Virus record (IMG/VR): IMGVR_UViG_3300001460_000018
Span: 1 to 64,000 of that record
Direction: 5' to 3' (one strand)
Length of the DNA: 64,000 bases
Origin: an uncultured virus (IMG/VR IMGVR_UViG_3300001460_000018)
Taxonomy: Duplodnaviria > Heunggongvirae > Uroviricota > Caudoviricetes
Shown piece after piece: positions 9,440-18,927 of this stretch (positions are counted from its first letter, which is position 1; each line of letters opens with the position of its first letter). Below the pieces are notes generated by a model, which worked only from the letters and a program-made list of their open reading frames with translations, did not search any database and had not been told where the DNA came from. A program made the position numbers and the translations under genes.

Positions 9440-10444
9440 ATGAAAAGTTATAAAAGGTTTATAAATAAAAGCAAGTCTGTTAATGAAATGTATGGACTTG
9501 ACCAGGATATTGCAATGGAAATCATTAATGCAGCTGGTCAATATACAAGCGATGCAGATGAGGCAGCTAACCAAATGTGGGATAGCGCAGAGGAACTTAT
9601 TAGTTACCTAAAATCTGACCATATTCCTAAAAAATATCATAAGGCATTTGATAAAGGCGTGGCAAGATTTGCTAACGAATCAGTTAATGAATCAGCTAAG
9701 TTAGTAGATGAAAAAACCGGAAAAGTTGTTAAATTACCTTATAAGACTAAAGACTTTAGAGGTGATGCTATTGTAGTTAAAGGTTTTTCTGAACCTCGTC
9801 ATTCAGCATCAAGCGGTAGAATACAAACAGATCAAGGGGAATTTTTTCCAGGCGTAGCAGGTCTTAAAATTGTAGGACATCAATTTGAATCTGTTAAAGA
9901 AGGAAATGCATTCAGTGCTGCTAGAGCTAAGGCAATTGCAAATGACGAAAAAACATTTAAAGTCGGTGATGAAGAATACGATGTTGAGGATGTTGATGCT
10001 GAAGATAAAGAAAATGCTGAAGAGTTTATTGGTGAAGCAGGCGATGTTAAGCTTATGAAAAGAAAACTTGACTCTATTGTAGGAAGTACTTTAACAAAGA
10101 TAATCGATGAATTGGCTAAGAAAGGATTCTCAAAAGAAGAAATTGAGAAATACTTAGGAATTGTTGTTTCTGATAGAGTTGAAGAATCTTTTGGGAAGGT
10201 TAATGAATCTGATGTACCATCAGAGCTTGCTGATTATGCTGGGGAATTATCTGAAATTGAATTTGATGATTTTGATGAATCTACTGCGGCTCAATTAAAA
10301 AAATTATCTAAGAAAATGTCTTTTGTTATCGGAGATGAATCCATATCTGGAATGATGACAATGAAAGATGTAATTAAAATACTTAAATCAAATAATATAA
10401 AATTCGTTGAAGTTAATGGAGATGAATCTATGATTGTATTTTAA
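9440..10444 (+). CDS. Putative capsid-targeted internal polyprotein (MKSYKRFINKSKSVNE)
   Basis: About five modules separated by SVNE, ANESVNE, ESVKE, FIGE, KVNE. Confidence 0.7.
   Translation: MKSYKRFINKSKSVNEMYGLDQDIAMEIINAAGQYTSDADEAANQMWDSAEELISYLKSDHIPKKYHKAFDKGVARFANESVNESAKLVDEKTGKVVKLPYKTKDFRGDAIVVKGFSEPRHSASSGRIQTDQGEFFPGVAGLKIVGHQFESVKEGNAFSAARAKAIANDEKTFKVGDEEYDVEDVDAEDKENAEEFIGEAGDVKLMKRKLDSIVGSTLTKIIDELAKKGFSKEEIEKYLGIVVSDRVEESFGKVNESDVPSELADYAGELSEIEFDDFDESTAAQLKKLSKKMSFVIGDESISGMMTMKDVIKILKSNNIKFVEVNGDESMIVF
10034..10214 (+). repeat. Duplicated coding module, copy 2
   Basis: Near-identical to 8467-8647. Confidence 0.95.
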
Positions 10445-10469
10445 ATCATCAAAAATAAAAACATTTAAA

Positions 10470-11453
10470 ATGAAGAGTTATAAAAGCTTTTTAAACGAAA
10501 GAAGAACTATTCAAGTTAAGAGAAAATATGGAAAGTATGCATCAACAGTAGTTGGTGCAAATGCTCCAGTTAGACAAAAAATTCTTGGATTTGTATCTGA
10601 GCAAGGATCTTGTTGTAAAACTGACTTAATGGAATACATTAAATCTGCTAATGAAGAGAGCGGTAGAAAAACTAGTCCTCAGTGGATTAAAAAGAATTCC
10701 AGATATTTAGTAACTTTTGAGAAAAATGGCGAAACTCATTATAAATTATCAAAACTTGGTAAAAGAGTAATTAATGCCACAAATATTAATGAATCAAATA
10801 ATGATTATGTTGAGGAAATTGGAGATCTTGAAGAATTAATTTATGATCAAGGTGATATGAGAACTACTGCAAAGTGGGATGATGAATCTGAAGTACTTTT
10901 ACAAGGTAATATAACCTGGGCAGAACTAGATGTTACTGATTTAAGAAATGCAATTGATATGGCGAGAGATTTTATGAGAAAGCATAAGATCAAAGAATCA
11001 TTAGTTGTTGAAAATGCTGCTCAGGCTGCTAAGGATTTTGCCGATCTTAGAGCGTTAATTAAAGATGATGCAGATGGTGAACATATTTACAGTATGATCA
11101 TGAAAGATGATAGCAAAAAAATTCGCACTTTAACAAAAGATCTTAGAGCATTATATAATAAACTTTATAGATATATGAATATGTCTGAAGAGTCTGGAGT
11201 TAATGAAGGAAATACTATAGATTCACCGTATCTTCAAAGACAACTTGAGTTTACTATTAAAGATATAGAAAAAGATGAGCCTGATGTTGCTAGCGTTTTA
11301 AATGATTTATCAAGTAGATTAGATCAGTCATATCCACAAGGCGATGTAGATATGAAAATAATTTCAAGTATCTTAAAAGAGCCTAATATTAAAAAGGACT
11401 ACGCTAAAGTTAGTGGTGATGTTGATTTTTATTTAAGCCAAGCTCTTAATTAG
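10470..11453 (+). CDS. Putative capsid-targeted internal polyprotein (MKSYKSFLNE); first module basic and winged-helix-like
   Basis: ATG 10470 preferred over 10434; junctions NINES, IKESLVVEN, GVNEG; HYKLSKLGKRV resembles a wHTH wing. Confidence 0.7.
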   Translation: MKSYKSFLNERRTIQVKRKYGKYASTVVGANAPVRQKILGFVSEQGSCCKTDLMEYIKSANEESGRKTSPQWIKKNSRYLVTFEKNGETHYKLSKLGKRVINATNINESNNDYVEEIGDLEELIYDQGDMRTTAKWDDESEVLLQGNITWAELDVTDLRNAIDMARDFMRKHKIKESLVVENAAQAAKDFADLRALIKDDADGEHIYSMIMKDDSKKIRTLTKDLRALYNKLYRYMNMSEESGVNEGNTIDSPYLQRQLEFTIKDIEKDEPDVASVLNDLSSRLDQSYPQGDVDMKIISSILKEPNIKKDYAKVSGDVDFYLSQALN

Positions 11454-11482
11454 CATCTTAAATTCTAATAATAAATATTATA

Positions 11483-11505
11483 AGGACGGTCTTCGGACCG
11501 TCTTT
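11483..11505 (+). terminator. Terminator hairpin with TTCG loop
   Basis: AGGACGGTC-TTCG-GACCGTCTTT. Confidence 0.85.
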
Positions 11506-11544
11506 GTTGTTTAATTAAATATTAAAACTATAAATTCGTAAAGA

Positions 11545-12738
11545 ATGAAGGAAATAAAAGATTTCTATAACGAACTAGGTGAAGACTTTCTGAAGCAACT
11601 TCTTAATTCAAATGTAAAAGTATCTGAAAAACTTACTGGAACTAAATTTGGATTTAAGAAAAGCAACAATGAATTAATATTTTTTGCTAGAGATAAGAGA
11701 TATCCTCTTAATAAAATACAAAGAACTATAACATCTCTATATGAAAAGCCTATTGCTCATATAAATTCATTAGATTTATCAAAAATTCCTGATGAAGTAT
11801 TCTTCTTTTTTGAATATTTTTATAATAATAAGCCTACTAATGTTATATATGAAAATATTCCTAAGAATGGACTTATATTAACACATCTAATAGGATTAGA
11901 AGATAAAGATGATAATTCTATTATAAATGACACTAAAACACTTCTTAAGTGGTCAAAACTTCTTAAAACATCTACACCTAAAGTGTATTTTAATGGAGAG
12001 TTAAGCGAATTACAAAAAGAAAAGATTTTGAATTTTATAAAAACTGATAAGTCTGATTTAATGATTAGTTTTAACACAAATAGTTTTACACGACATATTA
12101 TTAAAATTTTAAATCCTAGATTAAAGAAAACTACATTAAATGGAGACATTGACAAATCTATTGAAGGTTTTATATTTGAGTTTAGCAACAATGATAAAGT
12201 TTACACAGCAAAAACTATAGATCCGATATTTCATCAACTATCATTACATAAAAAAGTTAATAAATCTTCATCAGATGAAATAGGATTATTGATATATAAG
12301 TTCATTGAATGGCTTGGTGAAACTGATTCAATGACAAAGGTAAATGCAATAGGAAGTAGTCCTGATGAAAGATATATAGATTTATTAAGTACATTAATAT
12401 CAATGTTCATAGATGATAATTCTATTTTTATAGAAGACTTTGATTTAAAGAAACCTACATTTGCTTTAATGCCTGAGTTTAAACTTAATACATCATTTAT
12501 AAAGAATAAAAAAATACAAGATATTATTAATAATAACCCAAATCTTGCAGATATTTATAAAATACTATTTTCATCATTTAGAAAAGAGCGTAAAAAAATT
12601 ACTCCAATTATAGATATAAATATGAAAAAGTATATAAATAATTATGTAAGGCTAATACATTCAAAGATTGCTAAAGAAACTATAAATGAAAACTATTATA
12701 GTTTTAGTGATTGGCGAAAATTTAAAAACAAAAAATAA
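11545..12738 (+). CDS. RNA-ligase/nucleotidyltransferase-fold protein with variant motif I
   Basis: VSEKLTG (canonical EKxDG), FFEYF, IEGFIF, downstream Lys in AKTID. Confidence 0.5.
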   Translation: MKEIKDFYNELGEDFLKQLLNSNVKVSEKLTGTKFGFKKSNNELIFFARDKRYPLNKIQRTITSLYEKPIAHINSLDLSKIPDEVFFFFEYFYNNKPTNVIYENIPKNGLILTHLIGLEDKDDNSIINDTKTLLKWSKLLKTSTPKVYFNGELSELQKEKILNFIKTDKSDLMISFNTNSFTRHIIKILNPRLKKTTLNGDIDKSIEGFIFEFSNNDKVYTAKTIDPIFHQLSLHKKVNKSSSDEIGLLIYKFIEWLGETDSMTKVNAIGSSPDERYIDLLSTLISMFIDDNSIFIEDFDLKKPTFALMPEFKLNTSFIKNKKIQDIINNNPNLADIYKILFSSFRKERKKITPIIDINMKKYINNYVRLIHSKIAKETINENYYSFSDWRKFKNKK

Positions 12739-12749
12739 AAATACACGTT

Positions 12750-13007
12750 ATGGCTAAAAAGAAAACTGAAAAAACTTTAGACGAGGCTGTTGAGAAGTTA
12801 AAGAATGTTGAAACTACTGAAGGTTCTAAAGAAGAATCTAAAACAGTAATTCCTGAACCTGCTAAATCTTCTGGTGATTTAAAAGTTGAATCTCTTAACC
12901 AAAAAAATGTTATAATTGACGGAAAGTCATATAGTATTAATAGATCAGAACATAAAGCAATAGTAGCTGGTAATAAAGAAGTTATTGCAAAGGTTGTAAA
13001 AAAATAA
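12750..13007 (+). CDS. Small hypothetical protein
   Basis: ORF with A-rich leader, in operon. Confidence 0.6.
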   Translation: MAKKKTEKTLDEAVEKLKNVETTEGSKEESKTVIPEPAKSSGDLKVESLNQKNVIIDGKSYSINRSEHKAIVAGNKEVIAKVVKK

Positions 13008-13016
13008 TATTAGTAA

Positions 13017-13682
13017 ATGAAAGATCTTGATAATTTTTATTCCGTGAATATTAATGAATCTTTGGAAAATGCTAAAAAAACTATAGAAAAAAAGTTAGGA
13101 AAGTTTACCCAAGGATTTGAAATATACATAGATGATAGTAATAAAAAAGATACTCTCATAATAAGTATAGATGAATTGGTTAAAGCTGGCGCTGAATACC
13201 CAGACATTCAAAAAGTCATTGATTCTGCTGTTAAGAAATATAGACTTAAGTTAGATAATTCATCTAATGATAGTGTTGTGTTTTTAACCGAAGGTGTATC
13301 AGATACACTAGATGAAGTTTCAGAAAAAATGGGAATGATGTTTACTATACTTAAAAGTAAATTAAGAGACGCTGCTAAACTACTTAAAAACTCTGATGAT
13401 AGAGAAGAGTTTTATAAAATGGTTAAAGATTTTATTGAATCTAAAACTGGCATAGAAGTTATGGAAAATTTAGATTCTTTGCTTGAGAGAGCTGATTCTA
13501 AAGCACAGCGAAGGTTATTTGCTATTGCACTTCAATATAAGAGAGGCAATATAACAAAAGAAGAATTAGAACCTGAATATGCTGAAGAAATTATTAAAAT
13601 TTCTGAGCTTCCTGAAAAAACGTTAAGAAAGTTTGCAAAGACTAAGGAAAAAGGACTTCCACATTATGTAGACAAAAAATAA
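13017..13682 (+). CDS. Putative internal head polyprotein with a C-terminal DUF3008-like module
   Basis: MKDLDNFYSVNINES; LLE then SKAQRRLFAIALQYKRG...LRKFAKTKEKGLP. Confidence 0.6.
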   Translation: MKDLDNFYSVNINESLENAKKTIEKKLGKFTQGFEIYIDDSNKKDTLIISIDELVKAGAEYPDIQKVIDSAVKKYRLKLDNSSNDSVVFLTEGVSDTLDEVSEKMGMMFTILKSKLRDAAKLLKNSDDREEFYKMVKDFIESKTGIEVMENLDSLLERADSKAQRRLFAIALQYKRGNITKEELEPEYAEEIIKISELPEKTLRKFAKTKEKGLPHYVDKK

Positions 13683-13683
13683 T

Positions 13684-13714
13684 AAAAAGACTAGGATTAT
13701 TTCTAGTCTTTTTT
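13684..13714. terminator. Bidirectional terminator between convergent operons
   Basis: AAAAAGACTAG...CTAGTCTTTTT. Confidence 0.8.
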
Positions 13715-14437
13715 AGTTAATTTCTTAAGAGTCATCCAACCTCCAACACCCCACTTGTTTTGATATGTTTTTTCACCACCTGATGTAAGGTAGGCTTTTC
13801 TATCTTCATCTTCTTCGGTTTTTACAGTAACTCCTAAATTACCATTATGATGAAATACTCTTGAGCCAATTATAAGAGTATGATAAAATAAATGTTCTTG
13901 TAAAGTTCTTGAATAATCATTATCACAATACCAAAATTCAAAATCTTCATCAAGATCTCCTATATGTTCATATATTTCTCGCTTTTGGAATATACACCAT
14001 CCCGTGATATGATTTGATACTGCCCAACCATCTTCATATTCTTTACCAGATTCAATATATGATATATGATTTTTTTTATTTGGGTTACAGCATCCTGCAC
14101 TCCATATATTTCTCTTTTTCATTACATCAATTGCGATTGATGCCCAATTCTTATCAAATGTTAAATCATTATTACAAAGAACCACATATTCAGCATTTCC
14201 TGCTTTTCTACCAATATTTAAGTATCTATGATAACCAAAAGGTAATTCAGTGTAAATAGTTTTTACATTATAATATGTATCATAATTAACATCTTTATTG
14301 CTCTCAACCACAAATACATTAAATTGTATAATAAATGCATCTTCTGATTCATAAAGAGATTCAATACATCTCTGAGTTTCATTTAAAAGAGCTCCATCTT
14401 TTGCATTACTTATAATTACAATGTCTACTTCTTTCAT
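13703..14437 (-). CDS. Glycosyltransferase family 2
   Basis: VDIVIIS, VFVVES, LNIG, LCNNDL, GDLDEDFEFWYCDND. Confidence 0.85.
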   Translation of the reverse strand: MKEVDIVIISNAKDGALLNETQRCIESLYESEDAFIIQFNVFVVESNKDVNYDTYYNVKTIYTELPFGYHRYLNIGRKAGNAEYVVLCNNDLTFDKNWASIAIDVMKKRNIWSAGCCNPNKKNHISYIESGKEYEDGWAVSNHITGWCIFQKREIYEHIGDLDEDFEFWYCDNDYSRTLQEHLFYHTLIIGSRVFHHNGNLGVTVKTEEDEDRKAYLTSGGEKTYQNKWGVGGWMTLKKLTKKD

Positions 14438-15018
14438 TTAGTTGTTATTTTACTATGATCTATTATACTTTTATAAATGTTTAAGAATGATGTAAAGTCA
14501 TGTTTATTATCAGATGCTAATTCACAAAATCTACTATAAACATTATATGCATATAAGCTATCGCTTGTAAATCTATCAAAGTCTATAAAATCTAAAGGTA
14601 TGTCATTTGATGCACAATCTATTGCTATTTGATAAACTACTTTAGCATTATGATTCATTTGGCTGTTTACATCACTTGCATTCCATAACCCGCCTGGACT
14701 TACTCCATGCTTTGCTCTAGATTTTGCTGTTATTTCTAAATCTCTCATAGGTACAAATACTTTCTTAATTTTGTACTTCTTAGATAATTCAGGTATTCTA
14801 TTATAAAATTGAGGTGCTTTACATATTAATGGATAATTTTCATTATCTGGATCTAAATAGATTTCAAGACCTCCTCTGCTATTTTGATTTATATACTGTT
14901 CTATTTCATCACTTGTTAGGTTTTGGTATCCTGTATCTAATCCTAGTAATGATAACAATTTTACAAGAATAGTTGTACCGCTTCTACCTGTACCGGTTAT
15001 TAAAATCTTGTTTTTCAT
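14434..15018 (-). CDS. Sulfotransferase-like P-loop protein
   Basis: ILITGTGRSGTTIL (PAPS-binding loop), K-A-P, MRD...AKS. Confidence 0.6.
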   Translation of the reverse strand: MKNKILITGTGRSGTTILVKLLSLLGLDTGYQNLTSDEIEQYINQNSRGGLEIYLDPDNENYPLICKAPQFYNRIPELSKKYKIKKVFVPMRDLEITAKSRAKHGVSPGGLWNASDVNSQMNHNAKVVYQIAIDCASNDIPLDFIDFDRFTSDSLYAYNVYSRFCELASDNKHDFTSFLNIYKSIIDHSKITTK

Positions 15019-15020
15019 AA

Positions 15021-15575
15021 TTATCTTTTTTGTGCTTCAGTTGTATTTGAATTAAAATCATAGTGGTATAGGACTTTATCTATATTATATTCACTATAAT
15101 TTTTTTTGGCCATATTTTCACCAAAGAGATTATCTTCACCTACATTAATTTCTGGAAACAATTCAACAATACTCTTTTTCCATACCATTAAATGATTAGG
15201 TTGTCTTAAATACATTGTTGGTAAATTTACATTTTCAGTGAACTCTTTTGAATAATGGCAAATCATAGGATTAGATTCGTTTATACTAACAGATGCTTGA
15301 AAATTAATGCAATCTGTACCATGTTGATTTATTGCATCTAAAATATCACTAACATAATTAGGCTCAACCCGATCATCATCATCTACAAAACATATGTATT
15401 TACCAGTTGCAAGATATATTAAGTTATTTCTCTTTTCACCTACGCTCATTTGCCAATTATCACCAAGATATAAAATTTCAACTGGCTTACCTTTAGCCTG
15501 TTTTGTAAGTTCTTCTATTACTGAAAATTGTTTAAGTCTGTTAGGCAGTGAACATAATAATATGCTAAGTTCCAT
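15021..15575 (-). CDS. Glycosyltransferase family 2
   Basis: LSILLC, GEKRN, ATGKYICFVDDDD, GED. Confidence 0.85.
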   Translation of the reverse strand: MELSILLCSLPNRLKQFSVIEELTKQAKGKPVEILYLGDNWQMSVGEKRNNLIYLATGKYICFVDDDDRVEPNYVSDILDAINQHGTDCINFQASVSINESNPMICHYSKEFTENVNLPTMYLRQPNHLMVWKKSIVELFPEINVGEDNLFGENMAKKNYSEYNIDKVLYHYDFNSNTTEAQKR

Positions 15576-15577
15576 TA

Positions 15578-16162
15578 TTATAAAGATTTAATAAAGTTAA
15601 TGATTTCCTCAGTATTAGATTTACCTACAATAGCTGCATTATCTTTCCAAAGATCTTCAAAGTCTGTAGTGATTGTAGATACATATAAATCATTCTTACT
15701 TTCTTTAACAATCACTGCACATCCATGATCTTGCTCCCAGGTTTTAACAATTAATCCAGGTGTCTGTGCTGCTTTCATTATTGCTTTATATGAAGTTCCA
15801 CACCATGACATAGTAGTGTATTTTAAATTATGAGGCAATGCATCATGCATTACAATTATACCTCCATGATTCAAACGGTCTAATGAATTAAGCAAATCTC
15901 TCCATGTTTGATCTTCAGTATGTAGCCCATCTATAAAAATTAAATCAAACCCCTTATATTCAGGATTATCACTTTTAAAAAAATCATCTGATTTAAGAGT
16001 TAGTACATTATCTTGAACTCTCCTAGGAAAAGGTTCAACACCTACTTTATAAGGTACTTTTATTGTATCAAAATTGAATCCCTGTTGTATTCCAATCTCA
16101 AGATATTTTTTTGGTTTTTTTTCACTTATTATAAATTCTAATAAGTCTGTTCTAGTTTTCAT
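15578..16162 (-). CDS. Class I SAM methyltransferase (Methyltransf_24-like)
   Basis: YLEIGIQQG, FDLIFIDGLH, GGIIVMHD. Confidence 0.85.
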   Translation of the reverse strand: MKTRTDLLEFIISEKKPKKYLEIGIQQGFNFDTIKVPYKVGVEPFPRRVQDNVLTLKSDDFFKSDNPEYKGFDLIFIDGLHTEDQTWRDLLNSLDRLNHGGIIVMHDALPHNLKYTTMSWCGTSYKAIMKAAQTPGLIVKTWEQDHGCAVIVKESKNDLYVSTITTDFEDLWKDNAAIVGKSNTEEIINFIKSL

Positions 16163-16184
16163 TATATTTATTATATGGTATATT

Positions 16185-16691
16185 TTATTTAATTATAGTA
16201 AATTTCTTAATTACTCCTTGATATGTTTTATATGGTCTTTTTAATAATTCTGAGCATTTTATAGCCTCTAATAAATTATGATCAGCATGAGTGTCATCAA
16301 AAATCCAAGGTATGGTTTGATTAAACAGATTAATATGCTTATGAAATCCTACTCGATGTGCATGAGGTCCATCTATTAATAAAAATGAATAATCACTTGG
16401 CAACCTTTCTTTAATGATAGATTCATTAAACCACATATGATCTCCGTATGATATTAAAGGAGCATGTATGTAATTAGACTCATTAACATAATTTACCCAT
16501 TTTAGGTTATCTTCAACAGAATATACAGTATAGTGCTTACACAGTTCTTTAGTTCCTGTCCCACTACCTAATTCAACAATAGTAGATCCTTTAGGTATAT
16601 GCTCTAAAATCCACTTAAAGGTATGTTCACATATTGCAAATGGATTAGTTTTTCCATCTTCTGTAAATAAATTTTCAACCATCTTAAACAT
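16185..16691 (-). CDS. Class I SAM methyltransferase-like
   Basis: IVELGSGTGT, YSVED, LLIDGP, IFDD. Confidence 0.75.
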   Translation of the reverse strand: MFKMVENLFTEDGKTNPFAICEHTFKWILEHIPKGSTIVELGSGTGTKELCKHYTVYSVEDNLKWVNYVNESNYIHAPLISYGDHMWFNESIIKERLPSDYSFLLIDGPHAHRVGFHKHINLFNQTIPWIFDDTHADHNLLEAIKCSELLKRPYKTYQGVIKKFTIIK

Positions 16692-16714
16692 TTTAGCTAT
16701 TGCTTGATATTTAA
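16685..16714 (+). promoter_or_regulatory. Putative middle promoter; its TATTTA box reads TAAATA on the minus strand
   Basis: TAAACA-N17-TATTTAA. Confidence 0.55.
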
Positions 16715-16726
16715 TAATAAAAGATT

Positions 16727-17206
16727 ATGGCAAATATAGATAATAAGCTATCAGAATTAAAAGTTAATGATGTGCATAAAGTAGATTTAGACAATAATGA
16801 AGATACTTTAGCAAATTGCTGGAATCATCAAAAATATATGCAAGAAACTGTATATGGGTATGATTTTTCAAAAATCACTATTGGTGAGATTGTTGATTTT
16901 AGCTTTATGAATAAACATGCTCTTAATGATGAAATCGGCGAATTTATGGATGCTTTAGGTGGAATAGAAGATGGCGTAGGTAATGCTGCATGGAAACCTT
17001 GGAAAAAAAGCAATTCTTCTATTAGAGGTAAAAAAATATCTGATTTAACACCAGGCGATATTAAAGAACTTAAAATGGAGTTTGTTGATATGTTTCATTT
17101 CTTTATGAATTTTGGAATAATTATTGGAATTACTCCTAAAGAAGTCTATAATATGTACTTTGCTAAAGCAAGTGAAAACGTAAATAGACAAAAACAAGGA
17201 TACTAA
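16727..17206 (+). CDS. All-alpha dimeric dUTPase/dCTPase (MazG fold, T4 gp56-like)
   Basis: DEIGEFMD, WKPWK, EFVDMFHFF, KASENVNRQKQGY. Confidence 0.85.
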   Translation: MANIDNKLSELKVNDVHKVDLDNNEDTLANCWNHQKYMQETVYGYDFSKITIGEIVDFSFMNKHALNDEIGEFMDALGGIEDGVGNAAWKPWKKSNSSIRGKKISDLTPGDIKELKMEFVDMFHFFMNFGIIIGITPKEVYNMYFAKASENVNRQKQGY

Positions 17207-17207
17207 T

Positions 17208-17453
17208 ATGACAATAAATTTAGAAACTATACTAGGTTTAGAATTAGTTGGTGAAGAAATAGATACCTTTATTACTATCTTAAAAAGAATACATGAATCA
17301 TCTTTAAAAGACGATAGCATAGGATTCAAGAGTGATAAACCAAACATTATTGAATTTACTGATGACGAGATTGGTTTAGTAAATTTAATATATGAAAACT
17401 TTAAACCTGTAGACAACCCTAAAGATGATACTAGCGACAGAGCAAACACATAA
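17208..17453 (+). CDS. Small hypothetical protein
   Basis: ORF tightly packed between dUTPase and polymerase. Confidence 0.55.
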   Translation: MTINLETILGLELVGEEIDTFITILKRIHESSLKDDSIGFKSDKPNIIEFTDDEIGLVNLIYENFKPVDNPKDDTSDRANT

Positions 17454-18894
17454 GATAGTAAAAATATCTTATATAGAAAATAATGAACGTAAATTTATAG
17501 ATGTACCTAAAGAAAATTTTTGGTATTGGGATGAATGTAAATCAGCAAAAGCAGATAAAACATTCAAATCTTATTTAGGAAAGCCAGTAAAGAAAAACTA
17601 TGAAAAGGCTAGTAAATATAATATAAATAAGTTTTCTATATGGGAATGGATTAATACACAGCCTAAAGAGTTGCAAAATACTCTATATAAATTAGCATTT
17701 CCTAAAATGCTATTTTGTGATATTGAGACCGAGGTCATTGATGGATTTCCTGATGTAAATGTAGCAAAAGAAAAAGTAACCACTATTACTTTTACTTATG
17801 TGGATAAAAATAAAAAGATTCAAAGCATCACTGTTGGATATAAAGAAGATTTTAATCATGAGCAGCAAAATAAGATGCAAGGATTTATTGATGACTATTT
17901 TACATCAGTAAATAACAATAGACCTATAGTTTTTAAATATAAGAAAGTTAATAATGAAACTGAGCTTCTTCAATTTTTTATAGAAATATGTAAAAAGTTT
18001 CATATTATAACAGGATGGTATTTTGAAGACTTTGATTGGCCTTATCTAAAAAGAAGAATGATGAATCTTGGTTTAGATTATAAACAAATATCACCAACCA
18101 ATACATTAGATAGATATAATAACCCTAATCATTTTGTAATCATTGATTACATGAAAGTGTTTGAAAAGAATGATAAAACTATTAGAGTTAAAGAATCATT
18201 AAGCCTTGAATTTATATCTAATGCTGTGTTAGGTGTAGGTAAATTAAAATATGGCGGGACATTACAAGAAATGTATGAAAATGATTATAAGAAATATGTT
18301 CTCTATAATAATGTAGATACAATTAATGTATTATTAATTCATGACACTTGTAAAACTCTTAATGCATTATTAGCATTATCAAATATGTCAGCATGCGAAG
18401 TTGCTAAATGTCAATCAGCAGTAAACATTACTGAAGGATTAATGTCAAAAGGATATTTAGCAGAATATAAAGTAATTCCAAAAAAATCAGGCAGAGGAAA
18501 TGAAAAAGAAGAATATGTAGGTGCATATGTTAAAGCGCCTATTACTGGAATGCACGGTGCTGCAACATGCTTTGACTTTAGTTCACTATATCCATCCATT
18601 GCTCGTCAGTTAAATTTATCACCTGAATCATTTATAGGTAAAAATACACCTAATATGACAGATAAGTATGGAAAAGAAGAATCTTTTGATAAGTATAAAG
18701 AATTATCTAAAAAAATAGATAGATCTAATAATAAAGAAATTATATCTATATCAGGTTGTAAATTTACAACAAATGGGAGTACTCTTAAGACCATTTTTGA
18801 TAATTTATATGCACAACGTAAAATTGACCAAACTAGATTTAAGAAATGTGATAAGCTTGCACATGAATTAAAACAAAAGCTTAAACAAATGTAA
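17425..18894 (+). CDS. Family B DNA polymerase, N-terminal part (3'-5' exonuclease plus motif A), gp43A-like
   Basis: DIETE, FDWPYL, YNNVD, FDFSSLYPSI; ends in the fingers helix. Confidence 0.92.
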   Translation: MILATEQTHKIVKISYIENNERKFIDVPKENFWYWDECKSAKADKTFKSYLGKPVKKNYEKASKYNINKFSIWEWINTQPKELQNTLYKLAFPKMLFCDIETEVIDGFPDVNVAKEKVTTITFTYVDKNKKIQSITVGYKEDFNHEQQNKMQGFIDDYFTSVNNNRPIVFKYKKVNNETELLQFFIEICKKFHIITGWYFEDFDWPYLKRRMMNLGLDYKQISPTNTLDRYNNPNHFVIIDYMKVFEKNDKTIRVKESLSLEFISNAVLGVGKLKYGGTLQEMYENDYKKYVLYNNVDTINVLLIHDTCKTLNALLALSNMSACEVAKCQSAVNITEGLMSKGYLAEYKVIPKKSGRGNEKEEYVGAYVKAPITGMHGAATCFDFSSLYPSIARQLNLSPESFIGKNTPNMTDKYGKEESFDKYKELSKKIDRSNNKEIISISGCKFTTNGSTLKTIFDNLYAQRKIDQTRFKKCDKLAHELKQKLKQM

Positions 18895-18910
18895 CATAAT
18901 TAGTATTAAA
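18882..18910 (+). promoter_or_regulatory. Putative middle promoter
   Basis: TAAACA-N16-TATTAAA upstream of the clamp gene. Confidence 0.55.
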
Positions 18911-18927
18911 TTAAAAACGTAAAATTT

